DNA of 64,000 nucleotides from Candidatus Poribacteria bacterium (GCA_965222225.1 CBDCTK010000002.1:1728001-1792000), one strand, 5' to 3'; shown: positions 41,824-52,833, numbered from the stretch's first letter. Numbers and translations are program-made. The notes: generated by a model from the sequence alone, not told the origin.

Positions 41824-43158
41824 ATGTCGAAAAAGTCAATTCTTGACCAAATGCCCATTGACCTAGGCGACAAGCTTGCGCTTCAATTTGCAACTCACAA
41901 AGATACCGACGAATTGGTTGATTTTAATGCGCGCCTTCATGAAGAATCAGCCGCCGGTTTAGCCGTACGCGATCTGATGTCCGGAAATCACCCGACGACT
42001 CAAGTAGGCGATTTTACCGTCGTTGAAGATACCAATGCACGAAAAATTGTTTCATCAATGTGCCTGATTTCGCAAACGTGGACCTACGGCGGAATCCCCT
42101 TCAAGCTAGGACGTCTGGAATTTGTCGTCACGGAACCTGACTACCGCAGACGGGGCTTGGTGCGAAAACAGTTTGACGTGATTCACGCCGTCAGTGCCCA
42201 AAGAGGTGAACTGATGCAAGGAATCACTGGCATCCCGTGGTACTACCGCCTGTTTGGCTACGAAATGGCGCTAGACTTGGAGGCGAATAGAATTCTGGAT
42301 GGCGTGCATATCCCTACTCGAAAAAAAGGGCAACCCGAAACCTGTCGCCTTCGCGCCCGAAGCACAGATGATATTGCTTTTATTCAGGAGTTGTACCAAT
42401 ATGCAGCCGATCGACAAGTCTTTGCATGCCCCCGTTCAGAGTCAATGTGGGCATATGAATTCAACGGGCGGTCAGAAGGAAGCGGAGCACAATTCGAGTG
42501 GACAATCATAGAAGATTTAGCAGGGACCCGTTTGGGCTATGTCGGATGTTTACCTAACTGGGTTTTCTTCGATAATTTTTGGGTGACACAGCTTGAACTT
42601 AAACCGGGCATTGGCTATCTGTACCTCATGCCGTCTCTGCTACGGGCGTTATGGGCAAAAGCCAAGAAGACGCCAGTCGTTAAAAACGGCAGGAACAAGA
42701 CAGCAAGAGGAATCATCTTCACCCTCGGACGAGACCACCAAGCATACACGGCTATGCCGAAAAGTGTCCTACGCAATGAGGACCCGTACGCTTGGTATAT
42801 CCGAATCCCTGATGTAATTGCATTTTTGCGACATGTCCAATCCGCCCTTGAAAAACACCTCGTCGGCACCGTGGCTGAAGCCTATACCGGAGAATTGAAA
42901 CTCAATTTCTATCGAAGCGGATTGCGCATGAAATTCGAGGTTGGGCGTATTTCGGACATTTCCGGATGGTGCGCCGACTCGGTCGAAGATGGCGACGCTC
43001 AGTTTACAAGCAACACCTTTTGGCAGTTAGTTTGTGGTCGCTGTCGGACCAACGAGTTGACTTTACGGTTCGCCGACTGCTCGGCAACCGATAGTGCAGC
43101 AGTTCTACTCGACTGCCTATTTCCACCGTTCACCGGTGAAGTCTGGGCACTCGAATAA
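41824..43158 (+). CDS. GNAT family N-acetyltransferase (Eis-like, long form)
   Basis: EFVVTEPDYRRRGLVR, GIPWYYRLFGYE. Confidence 0.78.
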   Translation: MSKKSILDQMPIDLGDKLALQFATHKDTDELVDFNARLHEESAAGLAVRDLMSGNHPTTQVGDFTVVEDTNARKIVSSMCLISQTWTYGGIPFKLGRLEFVVTEPDYRRRGLVRKQFDVIHAVSAQRGELMQGITGIPWYYRLFGYEMALDLEANRILDGVHIPTRKKGQPETCRLRARSTDDIAFIQELYQYAADRQVFACPRSESMWAYEFNGRSEGSGAQFEWTIIEDLAGTRLGYVGCLPNWVFFDNFWVTQLELKPGIGYLYLMPSLLRALWAKAKKTPVVKNGRNKTARGIIFTLGRDHQAYTAMPKSVLRNEDPYAWYIRIPDVIAFLRHVQSALEKHLVGTVAEAYTGELKLNFYRSGLRMKFEVGRISDISGWCADSVEDGDAQFTSNTFWQLVCGRCRTNELTLRFADCSATDSAAVLLDCLFPPFTGEVWALE

Positions 43159-43215
43159 GTTACCGCGCTGTCATTTCTCAGGACTTCTTCAAATAAACTA
43201 CGTGGTAACAATTCT

Positions 43216-43275
43216 ATGACTTACACAGCAACGGGAGGTCGCGATTCGGAGATCACGCCTACCGGTAGGCGTGAT
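43216..43275. repeat. Family A element end plus perfect GTAG palindrome
   Basis: ATGACTTACACAGCAACGGGAGGTCG (24/26 identical to 62090-62115); ATCACGCCTACC|GGTAGGCGTGAT at 43252-43275. Confidence 0.6.
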
Positions 43276-43438
43276 GCGGGGGAAGGGGTGATTCCGAGAT
43301 TGTTCGTACCGTTCAAGAGAAGACCAAGAATCTATCTATAGGGTGACATTCTCGACGCAATATGAGATGCATGCTGCATATCTCGGCAAAAATCAAAGCA
43401 TCCAGATATAACGGCCTCGCGATTACGAAAACGAGTTC

Positions 43439-43467
43439 TTGACTTTCAGGGGGTAATCTGATACAAT
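43439..43467 (+). promoter_or_regulatory. Promoter of the two-component operon
   Basis: TTGACT-17 bp-TACAAT with extended -10 TG. Confidence 0.55.
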
Positions 43468-43506
43468 ATCGTTAGAATTTCCCAGATCCGGGTGTGAGGA
43501 AAGCCC

Positions 43507-45093
43507 ATGTTTTTCCGGCGCAACAAGATTAACCCAGCCAGTTATACCGCTTCCAACTTTCTGCTCACCTACTTCATAGTTGGACTCCTCATTCTGACGC
43601 TTGCTTTTATTTACTACACCAAACAGATTTTCCAATTAAACCGCGATCTCAATGCGCAAGTCTCTCCACTGGCAGATTTGGCGTCTGAACTTCCGGGTAT
43701 TAATGATATGAGGTTAGCCGGCAAATTGAAGACAATCGTTAGAGACTTCCTATCAGCGAGTCGTCTCTCTTTCATTCTTACCGATGCCGAGACCGAGGAG
43801 GTAGTGATTGCACTTGGGATTGACGAATCAATTGACCGTAAAATTGGCACCGATGGTGCGTCAGCACTGTCCTCTTCCGAAAAACTGAAGGTGAGAACCG
43901 TCCTTGAGCGGATGAAGAAAAACACCGCTGAACCAAAAGAGATAATGTATAGCCTTGAAGACCGGACGCTATACGCATATCTCTACTATGGCGAGGGTGA
44001 TGGGGTGGCGGTAACCCACATCCCGTTTGTGCTTACAGATGTGAATGATAAACCGCAAAAATGGCAGATATGGGGAGAATGGATGACGGCTGAAAATGCC
44101 CCGCAGAAGCAATACGCGAATGCAGAGAGGCTCGTCCAATACTCAAAAGCACGCAACTTCTATGTGCCGCTCCAGACGCATCCAGATCTGCGAAAAGGGT
44201 ATTTTTATTACGGAAAGACGCCCTATTACGGTCTTATTATAATGCCGGTAGTTCTGGCACTCGTTTTTCTCACGTTCTTGGCTGTGGGACTTCTCAGTTA
44301 TCAACGAATTCAATCCTTTGAACGGGCAGCAATCTGGGGCGGACTCGCGAAAGAGACTGCCCATCAGCTTGGAACACCAATCTCCTCTTTAATGGCATGG
44401 ATTGAATTACTCAGGGAACGGGGTCGAGAAACTGCGGACGGGAGAATGAATGAAGTCTATTTAGACATACAAAACGATCTCGTCCGACTAAGAAAAATTG
44501 CAGACAGACTCGGAACTATCGGTACTTATCCATCAAAATCGAAGGTTGATATCAACTCAATCATTGATGTTGTCGTTACATATTTTAGAAAGCGCTTACC
44601 TCATCGAACCAAACAGATTGAATTACGCGTAACGACGCAGGAACTCCCTTATATTCGAGCGAATGCGGATCTGTTGCAGTGGGTATTTGAAAACCTGATT
44701 CGGAATTCGCTGGATGCCATGGAGCAGGACATCGGGCTGATTGAAATTGCGCCGAAGTTTGATGAGGAGAAGCAGCAGATTGTCATCCATTACAGAGACA
44801 ATGGGAGCGGAATTGAACGGAAAAATCGCCGCAAAATCTTTCAACCCGGAATGACGACAAAGAAACACGGCTGGGGGCTTGGCTTGACGCTTGCCCAACG
44901 AATCATCAAAGAGTATCATCATGGACAGATTCGGTTGATCGAGAGCAATTCGGATGGTACGGTCTTCGAGTTGGTATTGCCTGTCGAATCCAGTGGGGCG
45001 CAGCGAGCCAGCGATGAACATGAGGCGAACCGCCTGGGACAGTTCACGAGATGGAAATTGAAAAGCATGAAGATGAATGAGGAGGATGTTTGA
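43507..45093 (+). CDS. Sensor histidine kinase, PorY-like
   Basis: Two TMs; H-box WGGLAKETAHQLGTPISSL; WVFENLIRNSLDAM; DNGSG; FQPGMTTKKHGWGLGL. Confidence 0.88.
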   Translation: MFFRRNKINPASYTASNFLLTYFIVGLLILTLAFIYYTKQIFQLNRDLNAQVSPLADLASELPGINDMRLAGKLKTIVRDFLSASRLSFILTDAETEEVVIALGIDESIDRKIGTDGASALSSSEKLKVRTVLERMKKNTAEPKEIMYSLEDRTLYAYLYYGEGDGVAVTHIPFVLTDVNDKPQKWQIWGEWMTAENAPQKQYANAERLVQYSKARNFYVPLQTHPDLRKGYFYYGKTPYYGLIIMPVVLALVFLTFLAVGLLSYQRIQSFERAAIWGGLAKETAHQLGTPISSLMAWIELLRERGRETADGRMNEVYLDIQNDLVRLRKIADRLGTIGTYPSKSKVDINSIIDVVVTYFRKRLPHRTKQIELRVTTQELPYIRANADLLQWVFENLIRNSLDAMEQDIGLIEIAPKFDEEKQQIVIHYRDNGSGIERKNRRKIFQPGMTTKKHGWGLGLTLAQRIIKEYHHGQIRLIESNSDGTVFELVLPVESSGAQRASDEHEANRLGQFTRWKLKSMKMNEEDV

Positions 45094-46652
45094 TGGCACA
45101 TGCCGCGCGCAAAATCCTCTGGATCGATGATGAAATTGAGGCATTGAGACCTCATATTCTCTATCTAAATGAAAAATCGTATGATGTCACTCCCGTTTCC
45201 AATGGCGATGACGCAATTTCCATGATTAAGACTTTTCGGTATGATGTTATTCTGCTAGATCAGATGATGCCGGGACAAGATGGAATGTCCGTCCTTGCTC
45301 GGGTTCGCGAGCTTGACTCAACGATACCACTTATTATGGTGACGCAATGCAGGGAGGACGAGCTAATCAATGAAGCGCTAGGAAAACGGATTAGCGACTT
45401 TCTTGTCAAACCCATTGGGGGAGCCCAAATTGCTTCTACACTCAAGCGTGTCTTAGATCAGACCAAGATTATCGAAGAACAGGTCCCACATAAATATACG
45501 GAAGACTTCAATCAGATTCGTCTTATCAAAGATTCAGCCCCCGATTGGCGCAATTGGGCAGAAATCTATTTGAAATTGGTCGAATGGGATCTCGAATTCG
45601 ATTTACTAGGCGAAACCGGTCTTGAAGAAACACACCTAGAACAGAAAAAAGAGTGTAATGCCCTATTTTCCGATTATGTTGCGGAGAATTACACACGCTG
45701 GATAAGGGGAGAAGATGCCCCGGTTCTGTCAGTTGATGTTCTCGATCGGTTTGTTATTCCCCACCTTCGCAAGAATAAACAGGTGTACTTTATTGTTGTT
45801 GACTGTTTGCGGCTCGATCATTGGCTAGCGATTGAACCTTTGCTACAGCCGTATTACTATACCGATCAAAGTTGTTATTACTCAATTTTGCCTAGCGCGA
45901 CACTTTATTCGCGCAATGCCCTTTTCAGTGGGCTCTTTCCACTAGAGCTCTCTGAAAAGTTTCCTCAATACTGGCTGGAAAACTCGGAGGCCCAAACAAG
46001 TACCAATCGGTTTGAGAAACAACTTCTGCAATCGAAACTGCGGAATGCAGGGTTGCGACTCAAGCCCGGGTTGCGGTATTTTAAGATTTTTGACGCCAAA
46101 GGAGGCAACGAATACATCCGACAGGTTTCATCTTTTGAGCGAATTAGTCTATCCGCGCTGATTGTTAATTTCATTGATATCTTGACTCATCAGCGCTCTC
46201 AGTTAGATGTACTTCAACAGATTGCTCCAGATGAATCCGCTTTTCGTTCTTTGGCGAAATCGTGGTTTGCACACTCAGCTCTATTCGAGATTTTGAAGAT
46301 TATTTCCCCTCGAGATGCTGTTGTTGTGCTAACCACGGACCACGGTTCCGTACTCGGCAATCGGCCGACAAAAGCGTTTGGTAATCGACAGACTTCGACA
46401 AGCCTTCGCTTCAAAGTCGGCACGGACTTGGCATGTGACGAAGGTCAAGCCGTCTATATCAAGCAGCCGAATTCGTATAAATTGCCTGCAGAAAGTTCAA
46501 ATAAGAACTATATCATTGCAAAAGATGATTACTATTTTGTTTATCCAAATCAGTTCCACGAATACACCCGACAGTTTCGAGGAGGATTTCAGCATGGAGG
46601 TATCTCAATGGGAGAGTTGATTGTGCCGGTTGTTACAATGACATCGCGTTGA
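45090..46652 (+). CDS. porX: PorX-like response regulator (receiver + PglZ/alkaline phosphatase domain)
   Basis: ILWIDDEI, LLDQMMPG; WAEIY.KLVEWDLE; VDCLRLDHW, ILPSAT.YSRNALFSG, TTDHG, FQHGGIS. Confidence 0.85.
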   Translation: MMAHAARKILWIDDEIEALRPHILYLNEKSYDVTPVSNGDDAISMIKTFRYDVILLDQMMPGQDGMSVLARVRELDSTIPLIMVTQCREDELINEALGKRISDFLVKPIGGAQIASTLKRVLDQTKIIEEQVPHKYTEDFNQIRLIKDSAPDWRNWAEIYLKLVEWDLEFDLLGETGLEETHLEQKKECNALFSDYVAENYTRWIRGEDAPVLSVDVLDRFVIPHLRKNKQVYFIVVDCLRLDHWLAIEPLLQPYYYTDQSCYYSILPSATLYSRNALFSGLFPLELSEKFPQYWLENSEAQTSTNRFEKQLLQSKLRNAGLRLKPGLRYFKIFDAKGGNEYIRQVSSFERISLSALIVNFIDILTHQRSQLDVLQQIAPDESAFRSLAKSWFAHSALFEILKIISPRDAVVVLTTDHGSVLGNRPTKAFGNRQTSTSLRFKVGTDLACDEGQAVYIKQPNSYKLPAESSNKNYIIAKDDYYFVYPNQFHEYTRQFRGGFQHGGISMGELIVPVVTMTSR

Positions 46653-47199
46653 GCGGAAAATCACTGGACCAGTCTCCGGTGAAATCGTACATTCAAACCG
46701 TTCATATTGGGAGATTGTACGGTCAGAATACTCTCCAGAAGATTCATACCAACTGAATCCTCAAGTGGAACGTAATACATGCTACGACTCAGGCATCGTG
46801 GTTTTCGTCCTTGAACGACTCACTGTATCAAGCATTTTGAGTGGCAGTACACGTCACCATCACTACAACGGATGGAACATTTGGCTTCGTCTATGAGTTC
46901 AAGACAGATGTTGTCTTGATGAGCACTAGGCAAGATTCTAGACGGATTCAAAACGGATTCAAAAAATGCTTGTAAATCATCTGTGTTGATTAGACAGAGT
47001 TGGAAATGGGAATCGACGGTTTTCGCGCACTGCTGTACCGAAACCGAACTTTTTCACGTCAAAGAGCCATTTTACGATTGAAGGACATTTGTTGAGACGC
47101 ATTCAATCGAGTGGTTGTATTCGTTGCCTCCATAGACACGCCTGTTGCGGATTGTGTAGCAACGGGTTCTCTGCCCGTACTAGCATTTAGGAGGCGACT

Positions 47200-48753
47200 A
47201 TGCCAAAGGAAATTCTCATCTCTGATGATGAGTATGAGACAAGATGTGCTATCATTGAAGATGGCGATTTAAGCGAAATCTATGTTGAACGTAAAGATGA
47301 TGAAGACACTTTAGGAAATATTTATAAGGGGCGTGTCGAGAATGTACTTCCCGGCATGCAGAGCGCTTTCGTCGAAATTGGACTGGAGAAACATGCCTTC
47401 CTCCACATTTCGGACATTAACTACGATTTCGACGATATAGAAGAGGAGACGGATAAGGACCTAACAAAACTTGATTTAGGCTCGGAAAAGCCTACCTCTC
47501 GAAAAGGCTCAAAAGGATTTCCGTATTCGATTAGCGAGTTGGTTCACAAGAACCAAGAAATACTGGTGCAGGTCGTCAAGGAATCGTTGGGCACCAAAGG
47601 ACCGCGCGTAACAAGTTGCATTTCGTTGCCCGGACGTTACGTTGTGTATCTCCCCACTTCATCGAATATCGGCGTGTCGCGCCGAATAGAATCCGCGAAG
47701 GAGCGGCAACGGCTTCGAGACATTTCCCAAAAACTGCGATCGGGGGTTGAAGGCGGCTTTATTGTCCGCACCGCGGCTGAGGGAAAGAGTGAGGAAGCGT
47801 TCTCCACCGAAATTAAATACCTCGTAGACTTGTGGAAGGAAATCCGCGAACGTGGCGAGAAAATGCCGGTTCGAAGTCTCGTGCGGGAAGACCTTGGCTT
47901 CATCGGGCGGATTATTCGGGATTACTTCACAAACGATGTAACCAAGCTAGTATTCGACTCGAAGGAACGATATAAGGAAACATTCGAATACTTGTCATCG
48001 GGGCTGCCAGAACTCAGTTCGCGCGTTAAACTGCATGAAAAATCATCTCTCCTCTTTGAAGCCTATGGAATTGAAAAGGAACTCAAGAAAGCATTAAGCG
48101 AGAAGATATGGCTAAAATGCGGCGGACATATCGTCATTCAGCAGACTGAAGCGATGGTGTCTATTGATGTTAATACCGGACGTTTCGTCGGAAAGGCGGA
48201 TCCGGATAATACCATTCTTAGCGCCAATCTTGAGGCAGTCGAAGAAATCGTTCGGCAAATGCGCCTTAGAGATCTTGGCGGAATCATTGTCGTCGATTTT
48301 ATCGACATGGATAAGCACGAGCACCGAAAAATGCTTTTCAAGGCACTGCAGGAGGCACTGAAGAAGGATCGCTCCCGAACCAACATTCTGCACGTGTCGG
48401 AAATTGGCCTCGTGGAGATGACGAGACAACGTACACGTCCGAGTCTCTCGTCGCTCCTCACCGAATCCTGCCCCTATTGCGACGGGCACGGCAGGATTTT
48501 ATCCGTTGATACAATTACCATCTCGGTGCTGCGGTCAATAAAAAAAGCACACCTGAAGTCGCGGAAAAAGAGGCTTCGAGTCATCGCGAATGAACTTATC
48601 GTCACCCGCCTTCTTGATGAGGATTCCAACAAACTTAGCCAATTGGAAAAATCAATGAATCTCAAAATCACGATTGATGAGGATGCGGACCTGCATCTTG
48701 AGGATTATCAGATCTTAGCTGAAGACACCAATCGCGAAATCTATTTGGATTAG
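47200..48753 (+). CDS. rng: Ribonuclease E/G family (RNase G-sized)
   Basis: GNIYKGRVENVLPGMQSAFV, KGPRVT, IDVNTG, LRDLGGIIVVDFIDM, CPYCDG. Confidence 0.93.
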   Translation: MPKEILISDDEYETRCAIIEDGDLSEIYVERKDDEDTLGNIYKGRVENVLPGMQSAFVEIGLEKHAFLHISDINYDFDDIEEETDKDLTKLDLGSEKPTSRKGSKGFPYSISELVHKNQEILVQVVKESLGTKGPRVTSCISLPGRYVVYLPTSSNIGVSRRIESAKERQRLRDISQKLRSGVEGGFIVRTAAEGKSEEAFSTEIKYLVDLWKEIRERGEKMPVRSLVREDLGFIGRIIRDYFTNDVTKLVFDSKERYKETFEYLSSGLPELSSRVKLHEKSSLLFEAYGIEKELKKALSEKIWLKCGGHIVIQQTEAMVSIDVNTGRFVGKADPDNTILSANLEAVEEIVRQMRLRDLGGIIVVDFIDMDKHEHRKMLFKALQEALKKDRSRTNILHVSEIGLVEMTRQRTRPSLSSLLTESCPYCDGHGRILSVDTITISVLRSIKKAHLKSRKKRLRVIANELIVTRLLDEDSNKLSQLEKSMNLKITIDEDADLHLEDYQILAEDTNREIYLD

Positions 48754-48893
48754 CAAGTCGACAGGCACCTATCACACTGCACAGTTGTAAGGTGGGTATT
48801 CCCCATCGTTGCGAATTCTGTTGGTACGCATTGGTCTGCCAACTATACGTCCAGAATTATATTCGTCGGCCCTGATTCGCTCTCAAAATAAAG

Positions 48894-48922
48894 TTGATTC
48901 AACTCGTCAGCTATGATATAAT
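48894..48922 (+). promoter_or_regulatory. Promoter of rplU-rpmA
   Basis: TTGATT-17 bp-TATAAT with extended -10 TG, followed by a ~90-nt leader (possible L21 leader). Confidence 0.6.
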
Positions 48923-49017
48923 TCGTGTTTCGGTGGGCACCCCAGAAGCAATCATCCGTTCATTGTCCATCATACGTGAACAAGGCAATCAAACTGACTA
49001 TCACATAGGAGAAAAAG

Positions 49018-49371
49018 ATGTACGCTGTATTTGCTGCAGGCGGAAAGCAACACCGCGTTGAAGTTGGTTCATTGATCGATGTTGAAAAAATCGAAGCGCC
49101 TGTGGGAGAAGAAGTTACCTTTCCGGAAGTCCTGGCAATCGGAGGCGACGATGGCGAGATCCAAGTAGGGCAACCTCATATTGCGAACGGCACGGTCGTT
49201 GGCGAAATCGTCGAACAGGGCAAAGAGAAGAAGATTATAGTTTTCAAATCCAAACGACGCAAGGGCTCTAAGCGCAAACTCGGACATCGCCAGAGATTTA
49301 CGCGGCTGAAAATAACCGTCATCCAAGGCGCAGGCAGCCCATCAGAAACGGAGGAAGAAGATGGCTCATAA
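49018..49371 (+). CDS. rplU: 50S ribosomal protein L21
   Basis: [31 protein letters not shown]. Confidence 0.97.
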   Translation: MYAVFAAGGKQHRVEVGSLIDVEKIEAPVGEEVTFPEVLAIGGDDGEIQVGQPHIANGTVVGEIVEQGKEKKIIVFKSKRRKGSKRKLGHRQRFTRLKITVIQGAGSPSETEEEDGS

Positions 49372-49627
49372 AAAGGGCGGCGGCAGTACCGGCAATGGAC
49401 GTGACAGTATCGGAAAACGGCTCGGTGTCAAACGTTTCTCCGGACACTACGTGACGGCGGGCAGTATCCTCGTTCGACAGCGCGGCACCCACATCCACGC
49501 CGGAAAAAACGTCGGTGTCGGCAGCGATTACACGCTCTTTTCAACCATCGACGGTTATGTGTGGTTTGAGCGGAAAGACAAAATGCGCAGGAAAGTGAGC
49601 GTTTACGCAGAGCGTCCAAATTTCTAA
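49361..49627 (+). CDS. rpmA: 50S ribosomal protein L27
   Basis: [28 protein letters not shown]. Confidence 0.98.
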   Translation: MAHKKGGGSTGNGRDSIGKRLGVKRFSGHYVTAGSILVRQRGTHIHAGKNVGVGSDYTLFSTIDGYVWFERKDKMRRKVSVYAERPNF

Positions 49628-49657
49628 CCTGAGATTCAGCCCGAATTTCGATCAGTC

Positions 49658-49687
49658 AAAGCCTCGTCCTTGTACGGGGCTTTTTTT
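49658..49687 (+). terminator. Intrinsic terminator after rpmA
   Basis: GCCTCGT-CCTTGT-ACGGGGC followed by T7. Confidence 0.75.
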
Positions 49688-49857
49688 GTACTTCTGTCAC
49701 GGTCAGGTAGATGGCGCACGGGAATGACTGTTTTCTACTCGGCTTGGATTGGCAAATCCAAGCCTTGACCCATGAGTTGTCAATCGGCGACGGAAGTCAG
49801 GTGCACAAACCTCTCGTCGACTCATGCACTTATTAACTTCCCAGTTAAATCTCAAAA

Positions 49858-50358
49858 ATGGATACATCAACAATTGCAATTATTGTTAGTTCCATATCGG
49901 CATGTATAACTTTTTTAACACTGGGATGGAATATCTACCGTGACATTGCTTTGAATCCAAGGGTATCTGTGAGGTTTAATGTGGTTTTCTTACCGGACTA
50001 TACCGGAGGGCTCAAGTACCTTTCAATTTCAGGATTGAATCGTGGCTTGGTTCCTACGAAAGTAAATGGAATTAACGTCAAAGAACAATCACTGTCGAGA
50101 TGGATATTGAAAAAAACGAAATATGCTGCCGTTAATCCTGACTTTGAAAACCCTCTCAGTCATAAAATTCCACAGAAGCTTGAGGGTGGCGACGAAGTGC
50201 AACTTTATTTGCCCTGTGATGAAAACTGCTTTCTCAAAGAGTCGTGGAGTCATGTTGGTCTTCAAACCTCTTTCGGTAAGACCTATTGGGCAAAGCCGCG
50301 TGACGTAAATAGAGCTCGAAAATACTGGCTCGAAGATTTCGGTCATAGTGAAGCTTAA
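49858..50358 (+). CDS. Hypothetical protein with N-terminal TM helix (AT-rich, accessory)
   Basis: 166-aa ORF; single N-terminal TM followed by a beta-rich domain. Confidence 0.6.
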   Translation: MDTSTIAIIVSSISACITFLTLGWNIYRDIALNPRVSVRFNVVFLPDYTGGLKYLSISGLNRGLVPTKVNGINVKEQSLSRWILKKTKYAAVNPDFENPLSHKIPQKLEGGDEVQLYLPCDENCFLKESWSHVGLQTSFGKTYWAKPRDVNRARKYWLEDFGHSEA

Positions 50359-50471
50359 CATGAACACACCTGCTCCTAGCGAGGCAATTCATTGCGCGTT
50401 CTGGTGGAATTTCCATACTGAGGAGGTTTTGAGGATTCCACTGCTCAAGTCCAAATAGAAAGGACAACCTC

Positions 50472-51506
50472 ATGAAACATAAGAAAGAATCATCCCTGAG
50501 TTTCGGATTTTTCGTACTTTTTCTGTGCGGTGCAATGGCTTTGGCAAATGCCCAGACTCCACAGCAGATTGCCCAAAAAGTCTTCGCCTCTACAGTGCTC
50601 TTGGTTATGGAAGATACCAATGGTCAGCCACTCGGATTGGGGAGTGGATTCTTTGTGAAACCTAATCAAGTTGCGACCAACTTGCATGTCGTAGAAGGCG
50701 CCGCAAGGGGTTACGCAAAATTGGTTGGTCAGAAAACGAAACGCGACATTGAGGGCATTACCGCGATTGACGCGAAACGTGATTTAGTCATACTTAAAGT
50801 ATCTGCGTTGAGCGCGCCAGCAGTTTCTCTCGGCGATAGCGATACAGTTCTTGTGGGCGAGACTGTTTACGCCGTGGGCAACCCGCACGGTTTGGAAGGC
50901 ACGTTTTCACAAGGCATTATTAGTAGCGTCCGAACGGTTGGAGCGGACAAGGTACTCCAAATCACCGCACCGATTTCTCCGGGGAGCAGTGGAGGTCCCG
51001 TTCTAAACGGGCAAGGCAAAGCCATCGGCGTTTCCGTGGCAACCTACCACGGCGGACAGAATCTCAATTTTGCAATCCCTTCAAACTATCTCGTCGCGCT
51101 GGCCGTACAAGTAGGCAATCCAAAGCCGTTTTCAAGAGCGAAGCCAATCAAATCTCAACGTTCCATGCTCGCCGGACTCGGTGGCAAAAGCGTGCAAGGG
51201 GTAATGGGTGACAGGCTGACTTGGACATATGACGTCATACAATCCGGTAAGTATAGCTTTTCTCTGAGAAACCGACTGCGCGAAAGTGTGAGGAACGTTT
51301 ATTGTTTTGTAATTTTCTATGACGCGCAAGGTGACCCGATTGATGTAGATGTTGTGCAACTTCGTGGACCGATACCTGCGGGTTTGGCAAAGCGGGTGGA
51401 CAGTGAGGTCCACAGCAGCGTCCAAGAACTAACCACACGGCTCGGCTCCAAGGTTCCTCACACAAAAGTGGAAATCAGAGTCCTTGATTTCGAGATAGTA
51501 GAGTGA
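50472..51506 (+). CDS. Exported trypsin-like (S1C) serine protease
   Basis: Signal peptide; GSGFF, ATNLHVV, DLVIL, APISPGSSGGP. Confidence 0.88.
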   Translation: MKHKKESSLSFGFFVLFLCGAMALANAQTPQQIAQKVFASTVLLVMEDTNGQPLGLGSGFFVKPNQVATNLHVVEGAARGYAKLVGQKTKRDIEGITAIDAKRDLVILKVSALSAPAVSLGDSDTVLVGETVYAVGNPHGLEGTFSQGIISSVRTVGADKVLQITAPISPGSSGGPVLNGQGKAIGVSVATYHGGQNLNFAIPSNYLVALAVQVGNPKPFSRAKPIKSQRSMLAGLGGKSVQGVMGDRLTWTYDVIQSGKYSFSLRNRLRESVRNVYCFVIFYDAQGDPIDVDVVQLRGPIPAGLAKRVDSEVHSSVQELTTRLGSKVPHTKVEIRVLDFEIVE

Positions 51507-51544
51507 TGCCGATGCCACTAAAGTGTCGGAAGAGGATGGAAGTC

Positions 51545-51939
51545 ATGAGCGTAGTCACAGAGGATATTCAGGAACACTGGCGTATTGTGAAGACGCTTTT
51601 TTCAATTCATAATCAAAGCGAATACAATCTGGCAATCGAGTGGTTGAACGCACTCATGGATGAAATTGGCACCACTGAGCGACATCCTCTGTATGAATTA
51701 CTTGATACGCTGGGTGCGGTCATATATGCTTTTGAAGAAAAGCACTATCCAATGCCGGAATGCAGCAGTGTTGAGAAGGTCACTTTTTTCGGGAAAACAT
51801 CAGCTTGAACTGACAATCTCTCGAAGTAAGCGTACCAGAAACTGTTGTGAAGATTTTCGGTGAGAAGCGAGAGTCTACCGCCAAGCACCCTCACGTCCAA
51901 GTGATAAGGTTGCATGTTTCACTAGCGGTCCTTGTATGA
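51545..51939 (+). pseudogene. HigA-type antitoxin, frameshifted; toxin absent
   Basis: IHNQSEYNLA..L..LMDEIG...HPL..LLDTLG..I..FEE.HYP, then a broken HTH tail ending ...HVSLAVLV*. Confidence 0.65.
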
Positions 51940-52012
51940 TTCCAGTGTCTGTCGGTACAGGTAATAACGCTCTTGCACCACCGATGTAACCAAATTATTG
52001 GACTGAAAAACA

Positions 52013-52687
52013 GTGATTAACGAGTTGTCGGCGAAGATTGCTGAACCAGACATATTAACTGTACTCTGCGCGTTAGGCGTTTTCGGTCTGATTCGATTAA
52101 TTTACGATTTGTGTCGGTTAATGCAGCGAATAAATTTTGGAGAACAATATCTCTCAAAGTATGACCAACTCCTGAACGGCGGTCAATTCAATGGAGAAAT
52201 CCATCAATGGTTGCTGCAGAATCTGGCCAAAATGGAAGACCAAATGGGAAAATATGGGCGTATTGATCGCTATAGGCCCGCCTATCTCAATAGTGAAATC
52301 TTAAACCATGCATTCTTGTCCTTTACCTTAAACAATATTGAATCTCCAATCGCCGATTTTCAAGGTACACATGACCTATTGAAACAGTACATCGGCGGTC
52401 TTGATAATCAAATACGTGAAACATGGACTGGGGTTTTAAATCCCTTAAAGTGGTTGGCACGAGCTGTACGTTTTGTCCTAATCGACGGACCGCTTTGGAT
52501 ACTCAAATCAGTTGGAATAATCGGTGATAATACTTCAAATGTGGTGAGTCGTCATTCAATAACCAGAAAAATCGTTGGGACGATCGCCATTTTCGGCACA
52601 TTGGTTTCCATCATTTCTGGGTGGGATGAGTTGGTGAAATTTCTGAGTCCCGTTCTCCGATGGTTACACTTTATTGGGGTAAATTAA
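52013..52687 (+). CDS. Hypothetical membrane protein (AT-rich, accessory)
   Basis: 224 aa with N-terminal and C-terminal hydrophobic helices. Confidence 0.6.
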   Translation: MINELSAKIAEPDILTVLCALGVFGLIRLIYDLCRLMQRINFGEQYLSKYDQLLNGGQFNGEIHQWLLQNLAKMEDQMGKYGRIDRYRPAYLNSEILNHAFLSFTLNNIESPIADFQGTHDLLKQYIGGLDNQIRETWTGVLNPLKWLARAVRFVLIDGPLWILKSVGIIGDNTSNVVSRHSITRKIVGTIAIFGTLVSIISGWDELVKFLSPVLRWLHFIGVN

Positions 52688-52833
52688 ACTTGCTCTACAC
52701 GTTTCCTATGGTTGTTCCTTTTAGCATTTTTGCTGTCACCTAAACATATGGCAGAAAGTGAGAATTTTCAATGTTGGATTCGCATGATGGAGTTTCGTGT
52801 CCCTCATTCAATTGATTGTAAAAGACGGCTGAT

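Noticed and set aside
45090-46652. BREX defence system because of the PglZ domain
   Set aside because: The domain is fused to a receiver and paired with a kinase; no brx genes are nearby.
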